From a virus (lineage: Duplodnaviria > Caudoviricetes): 35,236 bases of DNA. Shown piece after piece: positions 1 through 9,818 of the stretch. The stretch is from positions 1 to 35,236 of the IMG/VR virus record IMGVR_UViG_3300017777_001634. One strand, given 5' to 3'. The notes beneath the pieces were generated by a model that saw only the letters and a list, made by a program, of their open reading frames with translations, searched no databases and was not told the origin of the DNA. The position numbers and the translations under genes were made by a program. Position 1 is the first letter of the stretch; each line of letters opens with the position of its first letter.

Positions 1-118
1 GGTGGGCTAGTATTAGATACTACGGGTGGGCTAGTATTAGATACTACGGGTGGGCTAGTATTAGATACTACGGGTGGGCTAGTATTAGATACTACGGGTG
101 GGCTAGTATTAGATACTA
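1..118. repeat. Tandem repeat, 24-bp unit GGGTGGGCTAGTATTAGATACTAC, about 5 copies (truncated by the window edge)
   Basis: Units at 1-23, 24-47, 48-71, 72-95 and 96-118 with no spacers. In frame with the minus-strand CDS (8-aa repeat). Confidence 0.97.
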
Positions 119-212
119 TGGGAAGATCATCTGGAAGCGGGTTGTCATCAGAAGTTCCCATTGCCTCTTCAAACGACAAAACACGTGGTGCTGGGGCTTC
201 GTTTTCGGTCAT
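1..212 (-). CDS. Partial CDS running off the left edge; probable second ejection/internal virion protein, with VVSNTSPP repeats
   Basis: Not in the ORF track. ATG at 212-210 overlaps the TGA of the 1673-aa gene (ATGA). Manual translation MTENEAPAPRVLSFEEAMGTSDDNPLPDDLPIVSNTSPP(VVSNTSPP)n is open to position 1. The function is inferred only from position. Confidence 0.8.
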   Translation of the reverse strand, partial: MTENEAPAPRVLSFEEAMGTSDDNPLPDDLPIVSNTSPPVVSNTSPPVVSNTSPPVVSNTSPPVVSNTSP

Positions 213-3200
213 GGCTTGTATTTCCTTGGTGGAGCAGCGTCTGTAAATCCGCCTTTGCCGTCGTTTAACTTACCATCCCAATAAAACATGCCTTGTTTGG
301 TCTGGTATTTTTGCCCAGACACCAGCTTAGACGGGTCTCGATCGGGCAACACACCTTTGGGTGCCATGTGCCTTTCAGCATCCTTAACGTAGTCGTTAAG
401 GTCGTTGTTCTTATCACGACGCCATTTTTCATTAAACTGCTCTGGGTGAATGTCGTCTGGGTTGGCCATGCGGTGAAGCATGTAATCTTTGTGGTGGTGG
501 TCCTGATAGTTGATCAAGCCTTCCAGCTGTGCCAAAATCGACCTGTTAGCCGCAGGACTCAAATCGGCAGCAACCACCGCCTTGGACAGGCCCTGAATTT
601 CAGCCACCAACACTTTGTTACCGATTGCCTTGGCTTGGTCGTAGACTTGAGAGATCGAGTTCTTAACCAGCTTTTGGAATTCAGCAACATTCATAGTGTC
701 TGTATCACCAATATTAAAACCAGCTGACTTCAAAGCGGCAACCAACTCGTTTTTCTGTTCTGCAAACTTGCCAGTTTCGAATTTTTCAAGAACGTCCTTA
801 AGGGCTGTTGCGCGTTGACGAAGCACCTGACGCTGCTGCTGTTGCTCGTCCATGGTAGAGTCATTCTTCATAACCTCTTCCATTTTCTTTACCGCGATCG
901 GGTTACGCTCGGTGACGATTGGCTGTTGGCCTTCTGACGCGCGTTGCTTGTTAGCTTCTAGCAGTTGAGCTTTAGTCATCGACACTGCATTGCCCGTGAG
1001 GGATGGGAATACAGTAACCAATTTGTTTTCGTTCTTAAGACGCATCTCTTCTTCAAACTTTTGACGCTCTAATCGGAACCTATGCTCTGCCGCCTCCTTC
1101 TCACGTGCGCGGGTAAGCTCGTCTGCTTTCTGCTGAACGGTAAGCTGCTGTTCAGTAGAAATAGCCGACTCTTGCTGCTTTTGTCTAATGTCTGCTTCTC
1201 TCTTAAGACGATCCAGATCAGGAGCGATGGAGCTTTCCAGTGCTTTAGCGGCGCGTTGACGAATGTCGTTCATCAGAGTGCGCTGACTGTTGGCCTGAGA
1301 GGTAAAGCCCGAAGCAGCTGACTTATTAAAGGGCATTGCTCGTGCGGCCTGTGCCTCAAGAGATTGGATGCTCTTTTGTAGTCTGTCGGCCTCAGCTACC
1401 AACTTAGGGTAGTTAAGTTCTGCTGGCCCTTTGTCCCAGTAAGCCGTATCCTGCGACCGTTGCTGCATAAGATTCATAACGTCCTTAGCAACAAGCTCAC
1501 CAGATGGCGTTCTTACAACCGCAGGAGGGGCCGACGAGGGCGTCCCTGCCGCGACAGGTGGTTTAGCACCATCAGCGTCCACGGGTGCCGTCCCTTGGCC
1601 CTCTTTTGCGTATGACGGTGCCTCGACGGGTGCTGGCTTGCCCCCAACTGGCTCAGGTTTGGCCTCGACGGGTGCTGGAGCAGGAGGTGCCGATGGAGCA
1701 GGGGGTGGTTTAACTTCTGTGACGCTTGGCTTGGTGCCTTTTGCCGCTTCAAGCGCACCCAAGATGGTCTTACCAGAATCGGTACGACCAACGATTTTGC
1801 TGTACAGCTCCTTCATCTGAGCTTTGGTGTACGTCTCGCCGTTCATCTTGTTAACAAACGTCTCGCCGTCGATCGTCGAGAAGTTATTGTTAAGGAGCTG
1901 GAGGTTAGTCTTCAGCATGTCGTTTTGCTGCCTCTGAGCTGCAGCGTATGCATTCACACCCGCCAAACCGCCCTGACCGATAGCGTTCAGCAGGTACGGG
2001 CTAGGCGATGCTAGCATGCCAAATATGCCCGAAAGGAGGGCCATTTTGCCTTCATGCGACTCTGGCAGGACTTTCTGCGCTTGGTGCGTGATCTGCGACA
2101 CAATGCTACCAAGGGTAGTTGGCTCTTTGCCTACGTGTTCGCTGGTCCTAGCGCGAGACGCTGTAGGAGCGTCGGAGTCAACGCCTGTTGCGGCAGCGAA
2201 TTTTTTAACGTATCCAGGAATAGAAGTACCTAGCACGTCCCTTCTGCCGTCGTCTTCAGCCCTAGTTTTACCTGAGAACCACACAGAAGCGGCGTCGAGC
2301 GGGTTACCATGCTTTTCGATCAGCTGACCAAAATAGTGTCTAAACACTTGATCCTGAGCATTACGATTTTCAAGGAATTCCTTAGGAGTCATATATTTGC
2401 CAAGTGCCGCTTCGGTCCAAGGCCCGACATTAACGCCCATGACGCCGTATGCGCCGTAGGCGTAATCTTCCATACCTTTATTAGGACCGCCTTTGTAAAT
2501 TACCTTTGGTCCAACAGTATTGTAGTTACCAGAACTTTCAATGCCCTTAATAGCCGCTGCTGACGTGTCAAGGAGATTATTTTTGGTAGCGGGGATTCTA
2601 TCTGGCTTCTTGTCAGGAGTAGGTACCAGACCCCTAGGAGTGGGTGCTGGTGGAGGTGGCAAAATGGCAACTGCGCTTTTAAGCTCAACAGGGGCAGGTG
2701 CTGGAGCAGCGACCGCAAGGGGAGGCTCGGAGGCAGTAGCAGCATCCATAGGATCGGCTTTTGGTGCTTCTACCTTAGGCGTCGTAACCTTTTTAGCCAG
2801 ATCAATAGCGGCAGGGTCTGCAGAAGCCAACTGCACAAGATCAGGATCGGGCTGACGAGGCTCGTCTTGTACTTCACCCTCTAGCGCATACCCGCGCCTT
2901 TTGTGTCTTTCACTGTCTTTGGTGGCACGATCATAGTCGACGGTGAGATACCCGTCCTTTTTACCAACCGCTTCTGGGTGATCTTTTGCTACTTCTTGCG
3001 CAATCAGACCGATCTGGGTGCGGGGATCGCCCTTGAAGTTGTACTTGTAAATGTTCTGACCGTCGTTGGTCTCACCTACTTTACTAATATTTTCTTTTAA
3101 ACGCTCATCCGAGAAGAAGGACAAGAGTAATGGTGCAAATTCCGCAATACCCGCACCGATAACGCCAAGACCTTCGGCAAGGCCAGCCATTAATCCTGCG

Positions 3201-5230
3201 CCTTCAGCAGCAACGCCTGCGGCACCAAGACCTTCAGCAACAGGAGCAACAACACCAGCAAGGCCAGCGGGGGCTTCAAGAATTGGAGCTACAGAAGCGA
3301 GGGTTTCAGCAACTGGGGCAGCAGAAGCGAGGGTTTCAGCAACTGGGGCGGCAGCGGCAGTAGCTTCAGCGGTAGGTGCTAATGCAGAGCCGAGACTTTC
3401 AGGGCGAACAGGGGGCAATGGGGTGCCAACAGGGGCAGCGGGGAAGTTAGCTGCCAACTCGCCAGCGGGTGTTGGCCCTTTAAGGAAGTCAAGAGCCTTG
3501 GTGCCAAGGTCTACTGCCTTTTTGCCAGTATTGTACATCTGCATGCCGCTCTTCGCCGCATCGCCAAGTGTTCCAGGCTGTTGCATCTGACCAGCGTTTT
3601 GCGGAGTTAACAACTTGTACTGGTTAGGCTCGTTAGGAATTTCTAACGTACCCTGCTTTTTGATGTCTTCTTCTGCATCCTCTTGGTATGGGATAGAACC
3701 AGCCGTGCTATAATGGCCACGATCACCAGCCAGACCACCGTACGACTTTTTAGGGACAGCTACCCCAGTGTCCTTTTTCTTGATATCCTTGTCGGTCTGG
3801 TTGACCTCTGGATCTTCGTCCTCTTCCTCGTTAAACCAGTCGTATAATTTTGTGCCACCCGTAGCCACATTAACGGCGGTCGACGCATCGTTGAGTGCCG
3901 TTTGCATACCCGTTGGTTGTTGAGGGCGGAATTGACCAAGCATCAAACCGCGATTGGGCGGTGCTACCATTGGGATGTTAAGACCAGTAGGTGGCGGGGT
4001 AACAGGGGACCTTGCCATTGCCGCATAAGCTTGCGCCTGAACAGTCGCGGGGTCAACGGACTGGTCATTGGCACTTGGCAAACCACCGCCAAAACCGAAC
4101 CCAAGACGATCGTCGCCCACATGGACGCCACCGCCCATAGATGCTCCAGCTAGACCACCCTCGTAGAAGTGGCCCCTTTTCGCCGCATCGCGTGTAGCCT
4201 TGTCATAATCGACAGTCTTGTACCCGTGTGACTCACCAACTGCTTCTGGGTGGTGCTTTTCGACGTCCTGCGCCACGAGGCCGATCTGTTTTGGCCCTTT
4301 TTCGCCTTTGTAGCGGAATTTAATAATTTTCTGGCCATCATAAGTCTCACCGATCCGCTCAATGTCTGTCTTAAGACGCTCGTCCGAGAAGAACGAAGAC
4401 GGTTGCTGGTTAGTGGTCGTCGATCCAGAGAGTGCACCCGTGCCTTGGGCGATGTTTGCCAAGAACTGCGTTGTCTGGAAAGGATAAGACTGCTGTTGCA
4501 GGAACTGATTGTACAGAGCGGTAAGACCAGCCTGTTTGGTAGCCTGTTCCTGCTGACCCGCAGTAAGCTGAGCTTGCGAACCCTGCAAAGCGGCATTCTG
4601 CGCCCCAGTACCAAGACTGCCGTACAACTGGGCAAGATTTTGGTAATTTTGGCGATTAGCTTGACCCGAACCAAGATTAATAGCTTGCTGCGTATTAAAT
4701 TGCTGCTGGGCCTGATTAAACATCGGGTTTAGCAGTCCAGCAACGGTCGCCCCAGTGGCCTGACTCTGCTGACCACGCAACACAGCGTCGGAAATGTCTG
4801 CACGGTCGCCGCCAAATGATCCACGCTTGATCGACGCGCTCTTCAACGCTTGCTGATCTGCCGCTTGCTGTTGCTGCATTGGTGCAAGTGTTTCACCAAT
4901 CACCTGATTGGCGAATGGACTCATATAACTTGCCATGGTAGCATCGTTATACTGTGCTGGGTTCACGTTGTACGCGCTTGCGCCAGCTAGGCCACCTGCG
5001 GCGTTAAACCATGGCTGGGCGGCCCCTGCGGCGGCGTTTGTGTTAGCAATGCCAGCTTGCTGAGTGTTAGAGAGCGGGGCCACAAAAGCGTTTGGATCCG
5101 TAGAATACGCTTGAAACGGCGTTTTAGCTACTTCCTCCGCCTTAGTATTGACCGCGTTGTATCGGGCCAAGACCTCTGGTGGAATGCTAACTGTTGATGT
5201 ACTAGTACCGCCCTTACCGCCGCCGCCCAT
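209..5230 (-). CDS. Large ejection/DNA-pilot-type virion protein with two Peptidase_S74 (intramolecular chaperone autoprocessing) domains and a lysozyme-like/transglycosylase domain
   Basis: MGGGGKGG N-terminus followed by a Q/A-rich region. Two FFSDERLK...IGL(V/I)AQ(D/E)V..HPEAV...VDYD domains (Ser282, Ser707). AIKGIESSGNY...AYGAYGVM...AQDQVF...AASVWFSG lysozyme-like segment (Glu898). Coiled-coil C-terminus. Lies downstream of the nozzle and GNAT genes. Confidence 0.8.
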   Translation of the reverse strand: MGGGGKGGTSTSTVSIPPEVLARYNAVNTKAEEVAKTPFQAYSTDPNAFVAPLSNTQQAGIANTNAAAGAAQPWFNAAGGLAGASAYNVNPAQYNDATMASYMSPFANQVIGETLAPMQQQQAADQQALKSASIKRGSFGGDRADISDAVLRGQQSQATGATVAGLLNPMFNQAQQQFNTQQAINLGSGQANRQNYQNLAQLYGSLGTGAQNAALQGSQAQLTAGQQEQATKQAGLTALYNQFLQQQSYPFQTTQFLANIAQGTGALSGSTTTNQQPSSFFSDERLKTDIERIGETYDGQKIIKFRYKGEKGPKQIGLVAQDVEKHHPEAVGESHGYKTVDYDKATRDAAKRGHFYEGGLAGASMGGGVHVGDDRLGFGFGGGLPSANDQSVDPATVQAQAYAAMARSPVTPPPTGLNIPMVAPPNRGLMLGQFRPQQPTGMQTALNDASTAVNVATGGTKLYDWFNEEEDEDPEVNQTDKDIKKKDTGVAVPKKSYGGLAGDRGHYSTAGSIPYQEDAEEDIKKQGTLEIPNEPNQYKLLTPQNAGQMQQPGTLGDAAKSGMQMYNTGKKAVDLGTKALDFLKGPTPAGELAANFPAAPVGTPLPPVRPESLGSALAPTAEATAAAAPVAETLASAAPVAETLASVAPILEAPAGLAGVVAPVAEGLGAAGVAAEGAGLMAGLAEGLGVIGAGIAEFAPLLLSFFSDERLKENISKVGETNDGQNIYKYNFKGDPRTQIGLIAQEVAKDHPEAVGKKDGYLTVDYDRATKDSERHKRRGYALEGEVQDEPRQPDPDLVQLASADPAAIDLAKKVTTPKVEAPKADPMDAATASEPPLAVAAPAPAPVELKSAVAILPPPPAPTPRGLVPTPDKKPDRIPATKNNLLDTSAAAIKGIESSGNYNTVGPKVIYKGGPNKGMEDYAYGAYGVMGVNVGPWTEAALGKYMTPKEFLENRNAQDQVFRHYFGQLIEKHGNPLDAASVWFSGKTRAEDDGRRDVLGTSIPGYVKKFAAATGVDSDAPTASRARTSEHVGKEPTTLGSIVSQITHQAQKVLPESHEGKMALLSGIFGMLASPSPYLLNAIGQGGLAGVNAYAAAQRQQNDMLKTNLQLLNNNFSTIDGETFVNKMNGETYTKAQMKELYSKIVGRTDSGKTILGALEAAKGTKPSVTEVKPPPAPSAPPAPAPVEAKPEPVGGKPAPVEAPSYAKEGQGTAPVDADGAKPPVAAGTPSSAPPAVVRTPSGELVAKDVMNLMQQRSQDTAYWDKGPAELNYPKLVAEADRLQKSIQSLEAQAARAMPFNKSAASGFTSQANSQRTLMNDIRQRAAKALESSIAPDLDRLKREADIRQKQQESAISTEQQLTVQQKADELTRAREKEAAEHRFRLERQKFEEEMRLKNENKLVTVFPSLTGNAVSMTKAQLLEANKQRASEGQQPIVTERNPIAVKKMEEVMKNDSTMDEQQQQRQVLRQRATALKDVLEKFETGKFAEQKNELVAALKSAGFNIGDTDTMNVAEFQKLVKNSISQVYDQAKAIGNKVLVAEIQGLSKAVVAADLSPAANRSILAQLEGLINYQDHHHKDYMLHRMANPDDIHPEQFNEKWRRDKNNDLNDYVKDAERHMAPKGVLPDRDPSKLVSGQKYQTKQGMFYWDGKLNDGKGGFTDAAPPRKYKP
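3292..3349. repeat. In-frame tandem duplication, period 30 bp (AAPVAETLAS x2)
   Basis: CAGAAGCGAGGGTTTCAGCAACTGGGGC at 3292-3319 and 3322-3349. Confidence 0.9.
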
Positions 5231-5234
5231 TTAA

Positions 5235-5720
5235 CTACTCCGCTGCAATCTTGTTGGTACCAGTATTACCGTTGTATATCCAATACGCGCCAGATGGTGC
5301 ACCAAATTGACGTTCGTATAGCTTAACTTTCGCCGCTACTCGCTCGGAGCTTAACACACCGATAACAAGTGGCTTTTCGAGTGAGTCGGATACCTTTTTG
5401 GCAAACTCGCATAGAATACGCGCCCGTCCTGCTTTGGCACTTCGATGATCAGGATGAACAAAAATCGCTCTCTCGATCAGTGATGGTTCGTCAGAATACC
5501 ACAGCGGCTCGATTCGCAAAAGGATTGCCGCTTCAAACTTTTCGCCCTGATCACCAATAATACCGACAACACCCCTGTCTCTGGTAAGTCCCGCCCATAT
5601 CTCGCCAAGCAGCTTGATCGGGTTCGGGTTAGTAAGACCGTTTTCTTCGCATGCGGCGAAAGCCAACGCCATCATTCCATCTACGTCTTCGGGTACCCCG
5701 ATCCGTACTTCGTCTACCAT
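5235..5720 (-). CDS. GNAT-like acetyltransferase-fold protein of the tail/ejection module
   Basis: 161 aa; VRIGVPEDVDGM start, IFVHPDHRSAKAGRARIL (acetyl-CoA motif A-like) and KLYERQFG (motif B-like). Typical position before podophage ejection genes. Confidence 0.75.
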   Translation of the reverse strand: MVDEVRIGVPEDVDGMMALAFAACEENGLTNPNPIKLLGEIWAGLTRDRGVVGIIGDQGEKFEAAILLRIEPLWYSDEPSLIERAIFVHPDHRSAKAGRARILCEFAKKVSDSLEKPLVIGVLSSERVAAKVKLYERQFGAPSGAYWIYNGNTGTNKIAAE

Positions 5721-5723
5721 GGC

Positions 5724-6338
5724 TCAATCCCTCTTTGGACCTGGAAGTTTCTGCAAAGTCTTAATCGTCTTATTACGCATTTTCTTGACAAACGAGTCAA
5801 GTATTCTATGACCAGCATCTAAGTTACCTTTACCGATTTTAACCACGTCATCTGGAGAAACAACGTATTCTCCGCCAGCGGCTACGATCGGCACCAACTC
5901 GTGGTCTACTTCTCCCCCTTCTGCTCTGCGTGGCATTTCAGCACCATACGGTGTGGCTTCCCTTGAGTACGGGGTACCCGCAAAGATACGATGGGCCGAC
6001 TTAAAACCCGACATGGTGTTGCCTTCGCCCATCGCCGAGATAATGTCTGCGGGGATTACGTACGACCCCGATTTTACGTGCATTGGCAAATGATCGGTGC
6101 GACCCGACACCGAAGAATGAATAGGCCCAATGTGAGGCTTCGTCGCTTTGACGCTTGGCATTTTCATCTTCGGCATTACAGGAGCGACTTTCGGCATTTT
6201 GCCACCCGACGCGTGAGGGTGGCGTTTAGCCATACTCAAAGCCGCCGCCACCGCCTGATTGTGCGGGTGACCAGAATGTACCATTTCACTAATATTAGTG
6301 GAAATCGTCTTTTGAGAGTGGCCTTTTTTCAGCGGCAT
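5724..6338 (-). CDS. Conserved phage protein with an N-terminal [14 protein letters not shown] peptide and two copies of an AxGG...D/ExxPxxxxxGxYV domain
   Basis: HASGG...[28 protein letters not shown] and [35 protein letters not shown] align with each other. Function unknown. Confidence 0.65.
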   Translation of the reverse strand: MPLKKGHSQKTISTNISEMVHSGHPHNQAVAAALSMAKRHPHASGGKMPKVAPVMPKMKMPSVKATKPHIGPIHSSVSGRTDHLPMHVKSGSYVIPADIISAMGEGNTMSGFKSAHRIFAGTPYSREATPYGAEMPRRAEGGEVDHELVPIVAAGGEYVVSPDDVVKIGKGNLDAGHRILDSFVKKMRNKTIKTLQKLPGPKRD

Positions 6339-6345
6339 GTCATCC

Positions 6346-7149
6346 TCACACGATTGTCCACACAGTGGGTGGGCTAATAGTTACTGTGGCACCCGTTTGA
6401 ATTGTTATCGGACCCGCAGACATAGCGTTCTGATCGGTTGCTATATTGTAATCGGTAGTAATTGTCTGACCGTTTAAGTAGAAAATCTGGTCAGACCCAC
6501 CGCCAACGGCGGCAGTGGTAGTGTTTCTGCTATCCGCAAAATAGACGTTTGTGCCGTCGGAGAAGATAAGACTTGCTATGCCTTGAGTAAGATATACGCC
6601 CTGACTACCTGAAGCGGCTGTCTTAGCATAAACCGCCGAGTACCCAGTGGTGTTGTTAATAACGATCCACATTCCAGTATATGTAGTAAGGAAACTGAGG
6701 GTAATAAGACCGTTATACGCAGTTATCGTTGTCGACAAAACCGTCTGCGATTTGTTAACAGTATACGTACCAACACCACCCGTAGTACCCGTTAGCTGGG
6801 CAACAATAGTGGTGCCGCTTGTAACATTTGTACCAGCCAACACAGCACTTACTGTTAAAGTTCCAGTAATAACAGCAGTAATCGTTAGAACGGTACCCGT
6901 AATAGAACCTGTGCCTACAAAGGCGGCTGTAGAGCTTGTGTTACCACTAAGTGTTATGCGCTGGTTAATAGCATCTACCTGACTAACCGACTGAGTGGTA
7001 GTAGACCCAGTAAATGCGTACGCGACATTGCCACCAAACGCCTTGTCGGCGATGTCCCAGTCGGCGTTAACGTTGTTACCCCATGTACCAATATTGTCAC
7101 CGATAGCTGGCTTGTCGAAGCCTTTATTCGTGGTGTATGTCGATGTCAT
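6346..7149 (-). CDS. Tail fibre/tail accessory protein
   Basis: Start moved to ATG 7149 ([18 protein letters not shown]...GTWG), which follows an AAGGA RBS. Thr-rich beta segments. C-terminal [11 protein letters not shown]...WTIV domain is shared with the 725-aa fibre. Confidence 0.65.
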   Translation of the reverse strand: MTSTYTTNKGFDKPAIGDNIGTWGNNVNADWDIADKAFGGNVAYAFTGSTTTQSVSQVDAINQRITLSGNTSSTAAFVGTGSITGTVLTITAVITGTLTVSAVLAGTNVTSGTTIVAQLTGTTGGVGTYTVNKSQTVLSTTITAYNGLITLSFLTTYTGMWIVINNTTGYSAVYAKTAASGSQGVYLTQGIASLIFSDGTNVYFADSRNTTTAAVGGGSDQIFYLNGQTITTDYNIATDQNAMSAGPITIQTGATVTISPPTVWTIV

Positions 7150-7159
7150 AACCGTTTCC

Positions 7160-7528
7160 TTAGTTTGGCGTATAACCAACGCAGAAAGTAATACTTGCGT
7201 CGGTTTTTAATACTAACCCGTTAGAGTAGGTAAGTCGTATATCTACATACGGTATAAAGTTCGAAGCATTTACGGCTAACGACGAGTATATCAGATTTGT
7301 TGCCGCCACACCAGCGGCTGTAGCCGAATCATATATGTAAACTTGGCCACTACCAGAAAATGAAGGTATTGATACTGAATATATTTTCCCACTGCCCGTT
7401 GTGATCAAAGTCGTAGTCGACGCTTGTATTACAGAGCTTGTAAGCAATGGGAAATTAGACTTAGTTACACCGTTGATAGCAACAACGCCGTTTTTCTGAG
7501 CAGTCAAAATGTCGTCTAAACTAGCCAT
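7160..7528 (-). CDS. Hypothetical tail-module protein (122 aa, beta-rich)
   Basis: TAATG coupling to the 762-aa gene; in operon. Confidence 0.6.
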   Translation of the reverse strand: MASLDDILTAQKNGVVAINGVTKSNFPLLTSSVIQASTTTLITTGSGKIYSVSIPSFSGSGQVYIYDSATAAGVAATNLIYSSLAVNASNFIPYVDIRLTYSNGLVLKTDASITFCVGYTPN

Positions 7529-9816
7529 TAAAACTTCCCATCTGCTGCTGAACGGAATCGAATATTACCAAGACGCCAAAACGTCTCAGCGGCATCGGTA
7601 GAATTAATGGTAAAAGAAAATAGACGACCACGTACTCTACAAGATATATACCCCTGAGAATTGGTCATCGCGTATGTGGTTGACGACGTTGGGGTGTCCG
7701 TCGGGTAGTCAGCAGTATTCAAAGTAACGTATACGGTTTCATTCTGAACCCCACCATACGTACCCCATTTCATATCGGGCCATATCTGGTCTATAAACGT
7801 TAGTTTATCCGCTTCTTGAAGCGCAAAATACCCCGTGGTGAAGGTGGCGTTTAATGGTTGACCTGCCGCGCTGTATCCTATTTCGTGTTGGTAGAGGTAT
7901 TTGTCTACCCCAGCACCGATGGGAGTGCCAAGTACAGACTGATCAATCCAAGCGGTGCGGTCGAGAGAACCATAGTCCCAAACGCCCAATACGATGTTGT
8001 ACTTAGCATAAGAATCTACTTCGGTACTGCTAGCAGACGGGTAGAACCACCACACTTCATTAAAAGAAGTGTTAGGGGCGCAGCGGATTTTGTAAGCGTA
8101 GCTTCTATTAATGTTCTGAAACACCACATCCCATATTGAGCAGTCTATTGGTGATGGGCCAGAACCCGTCATCTGAAAGAACTGATTCTGACTCATCCAG
8201 TACAGACTATTACCGAGACGACCCGCCGCTTTCTCACCAATAAGACCACAGTTGGTACTCACTTGGTTAAAGCTGTATACGTCTGGGAACCCTATATACT
8301 GCATCGTCCAACAGTCAAGATCAGTCCAGAAAATGGCTTGCTGAGCCGCTTGCATACCGCTAACAATTCTGCTGCCTGTCGTTAAGCGATAAGAACCCGC
8401 CTGATTAGTGGGGCTAGCGGTCCATACGTTATAGTCTTCAACGTCGCACCACCTGATCAACAGTGGATCCGAAAGGCCAGTAAACGTCGATCCCCAAGCT
8501 ATCAATTGCCGTTGAGGCATTGCGACAAACACGCCCTGATTTTGCGTAGGCGAATTTTCAATATAACTAGCATTTTGAATAATAGAACCAGGTTCCCAAG
8601 AATACAAAGGACCCCCAACTGGGCATGCGATAAGAACCTCACCCCAGTTATCCAACCACCAGTCGGTGGCGGTAACGGCAGATCCCGCTGTCAAAGCACC
8701 GATCGCCGAGCCACTGTATGCCCCAGAACTATACGTTCCATCACTCCACCCAGTAGCTGGGGTGGGGGGTGGTGCGCTGTAGTAATAGGTAACGTTGCTT
8801 TGATTACTATTAAGGAACGATTCAGCACTAGACGTGGCGGTGTTTGACGCTATGAATTGAAAAGTATTAACATCTGAAACGGTAGATATGGTATACAAGC
8901 CAGACAGTGTTATGCCACCGATCGTTAAAGCGGCAGAGGATGGAATGTAAAGCCTTTGACCTTCTATATACCCATTAAGCGGAAAATACACGGATACCAG
9001 AGGGGACCCATTGGACACTATTAAGTATGGAGTTTGGGCATTAAATGTCGCGGTATGCGTACCACTACCAGCAGTTGAAGTATTAATATATGCGCCAGTT
9101 GGGGTGGCGGACACATTAAATGTTGTTCCACCACCAGCAAGGTTAGTGATGTTACGCACAAAATATGTGGTAGCAACAGTTAGACCAGTTGGCAACGCAC
9201 CAGTGGTAGTGAACACTACCGTAGTGTTGGTGGGCGGCGCATATGTTACCGTGACTACTGCAGGAGAAGCGTTGGTTATCGTCGCTGTCGACGAGTTGGT
9301 GTATGTAGCGGCATCAGCAGACTGAATCTGATAGTTATTAGCGTCTGTTACCTGCGTTGCGGGGTAATTGCCGCTTAGTATGATACCACCAACAAAAACG
9401 GGGATGTTAAAATACACGCTGCTGTAGATGTTCAAGCTACTGCCAGTGTCGTTGACGGCAATAGTAGTACTGGCGGATGTAGTGGTTATGCCGTTTGCGA
9501 AGCTTGTTGTGTCGGTGCGCGGCGAAATGTCTCTTGCCGAAATGTTATTAATAGCATAAAGATTACTCTCTGCGCCAACACCTAGCCACGTGTTGGCGTT
9601 AGTATCTTCCCACGCCTTTAGTGCTCGGATTGTAGACCCAGACTGAAACGGCAATCCCTGAGGATACGCTTGCCAACCACCAAGCTTTTGCGGCACCGCA
9701 CCACCCTTGTCGGGCAAGAACCGAATCAAATTGCAAGACGAAATACCCGCTTCATTTAAAGTTGGAGTCTTGGTGGTGTTTACCCCTGGAATTAATTTTA
9801 ATGATGCGTGGGGCAT
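7528..9816 (-). CDS. Tail nozzle / head-stabilisation protein (P22 gp10 / T7 gp12-like) with inserted beta-rich domains
   Basis: 762 aa; propeller-like motifs (WWLDNWGEVLIAC, PLLIRWCDVED, CGLIG, FNEVWWFYPS), C-terminal RVRGRLFSF...WRLGNIRF, and position after the adaptor gene. Confidence 0.72.
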   Translation of the reverse strand: MPHASLKLIPGVNTTKTPTLNEAGISSCNLIRFLPDKGGAVPQKLGGWQAYPQGLPFQSGSTIRALKAWEDTNANTWLGVGAESNLYAINNISARDISPRTDTTSFANGITTTSASTTIAVNDTGSSLNIYSSVYFNIPVFVGGIILSGNYPATQVTDANNYQIQSADAATYTNSSTATITNASPAVVTVTYAPPTNTTVVFTTTGALPTGLTVATTYFVRNITNLAGGGTTFNVSATPTGAYINTSTAGSGTHTATFNAQTPYLIVSNGSPLVSVYFPLNGYIEGQRLYIPSSAALTIGGITLSGLYTISTVSDVNTFQFIASNTATSSAESFLNSNQSNVTYYYSAPPPTPATGWSDGTYSSGAYSGSAIGALTAGSAVTATDWWLDNWGEVLIACPVGGPLYSWEPGSIIQNASYIENSPTQNQGVFVAMPQRQLIAWGSTFTGLSDPLLIRWCDVEDYNVWTASPTNQAGSYRLTTGSRIVSGMQAAQQAIFWTDLDCWTMQYIGFPDVYSFNQVSTNCGLIGEKAAGRLGNSLYWMSQNQFFQMTGSGPSPIDCSIWDVVFQNINRSYAYKIRCAPNTSFNEVWWFYPSASSTEVDSYAKYNIVLGVWDYGSLDRTAWIDQSVLGTPIGAGVDKYLYQHEIGYSAAGQPLNATFTTGYFALQEADKLTFIDQIWPDMKWGTYGGVQNETVYVTLNTADYPTDTPTSSTTYAMTNSQGYISCRVRGRLFSFTINSTDAAETFWRLGNIRFRSAADGKF

Positions 9817-9818
9817 TT

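Noticed and set aside
1-118. CRISPR array (24-bp palindromic repeats)
   Set aside because: The units are directly adjacent with no spacers and lie in frame within a CDS.
209-5230. Tape-measure protein call for the 1673-aa ORF
   Set aside because: No tail tube or tail assembly chaperone genes are seen; the adaptor-nozzle-GNAT context fits a podovirus ejection protein better.
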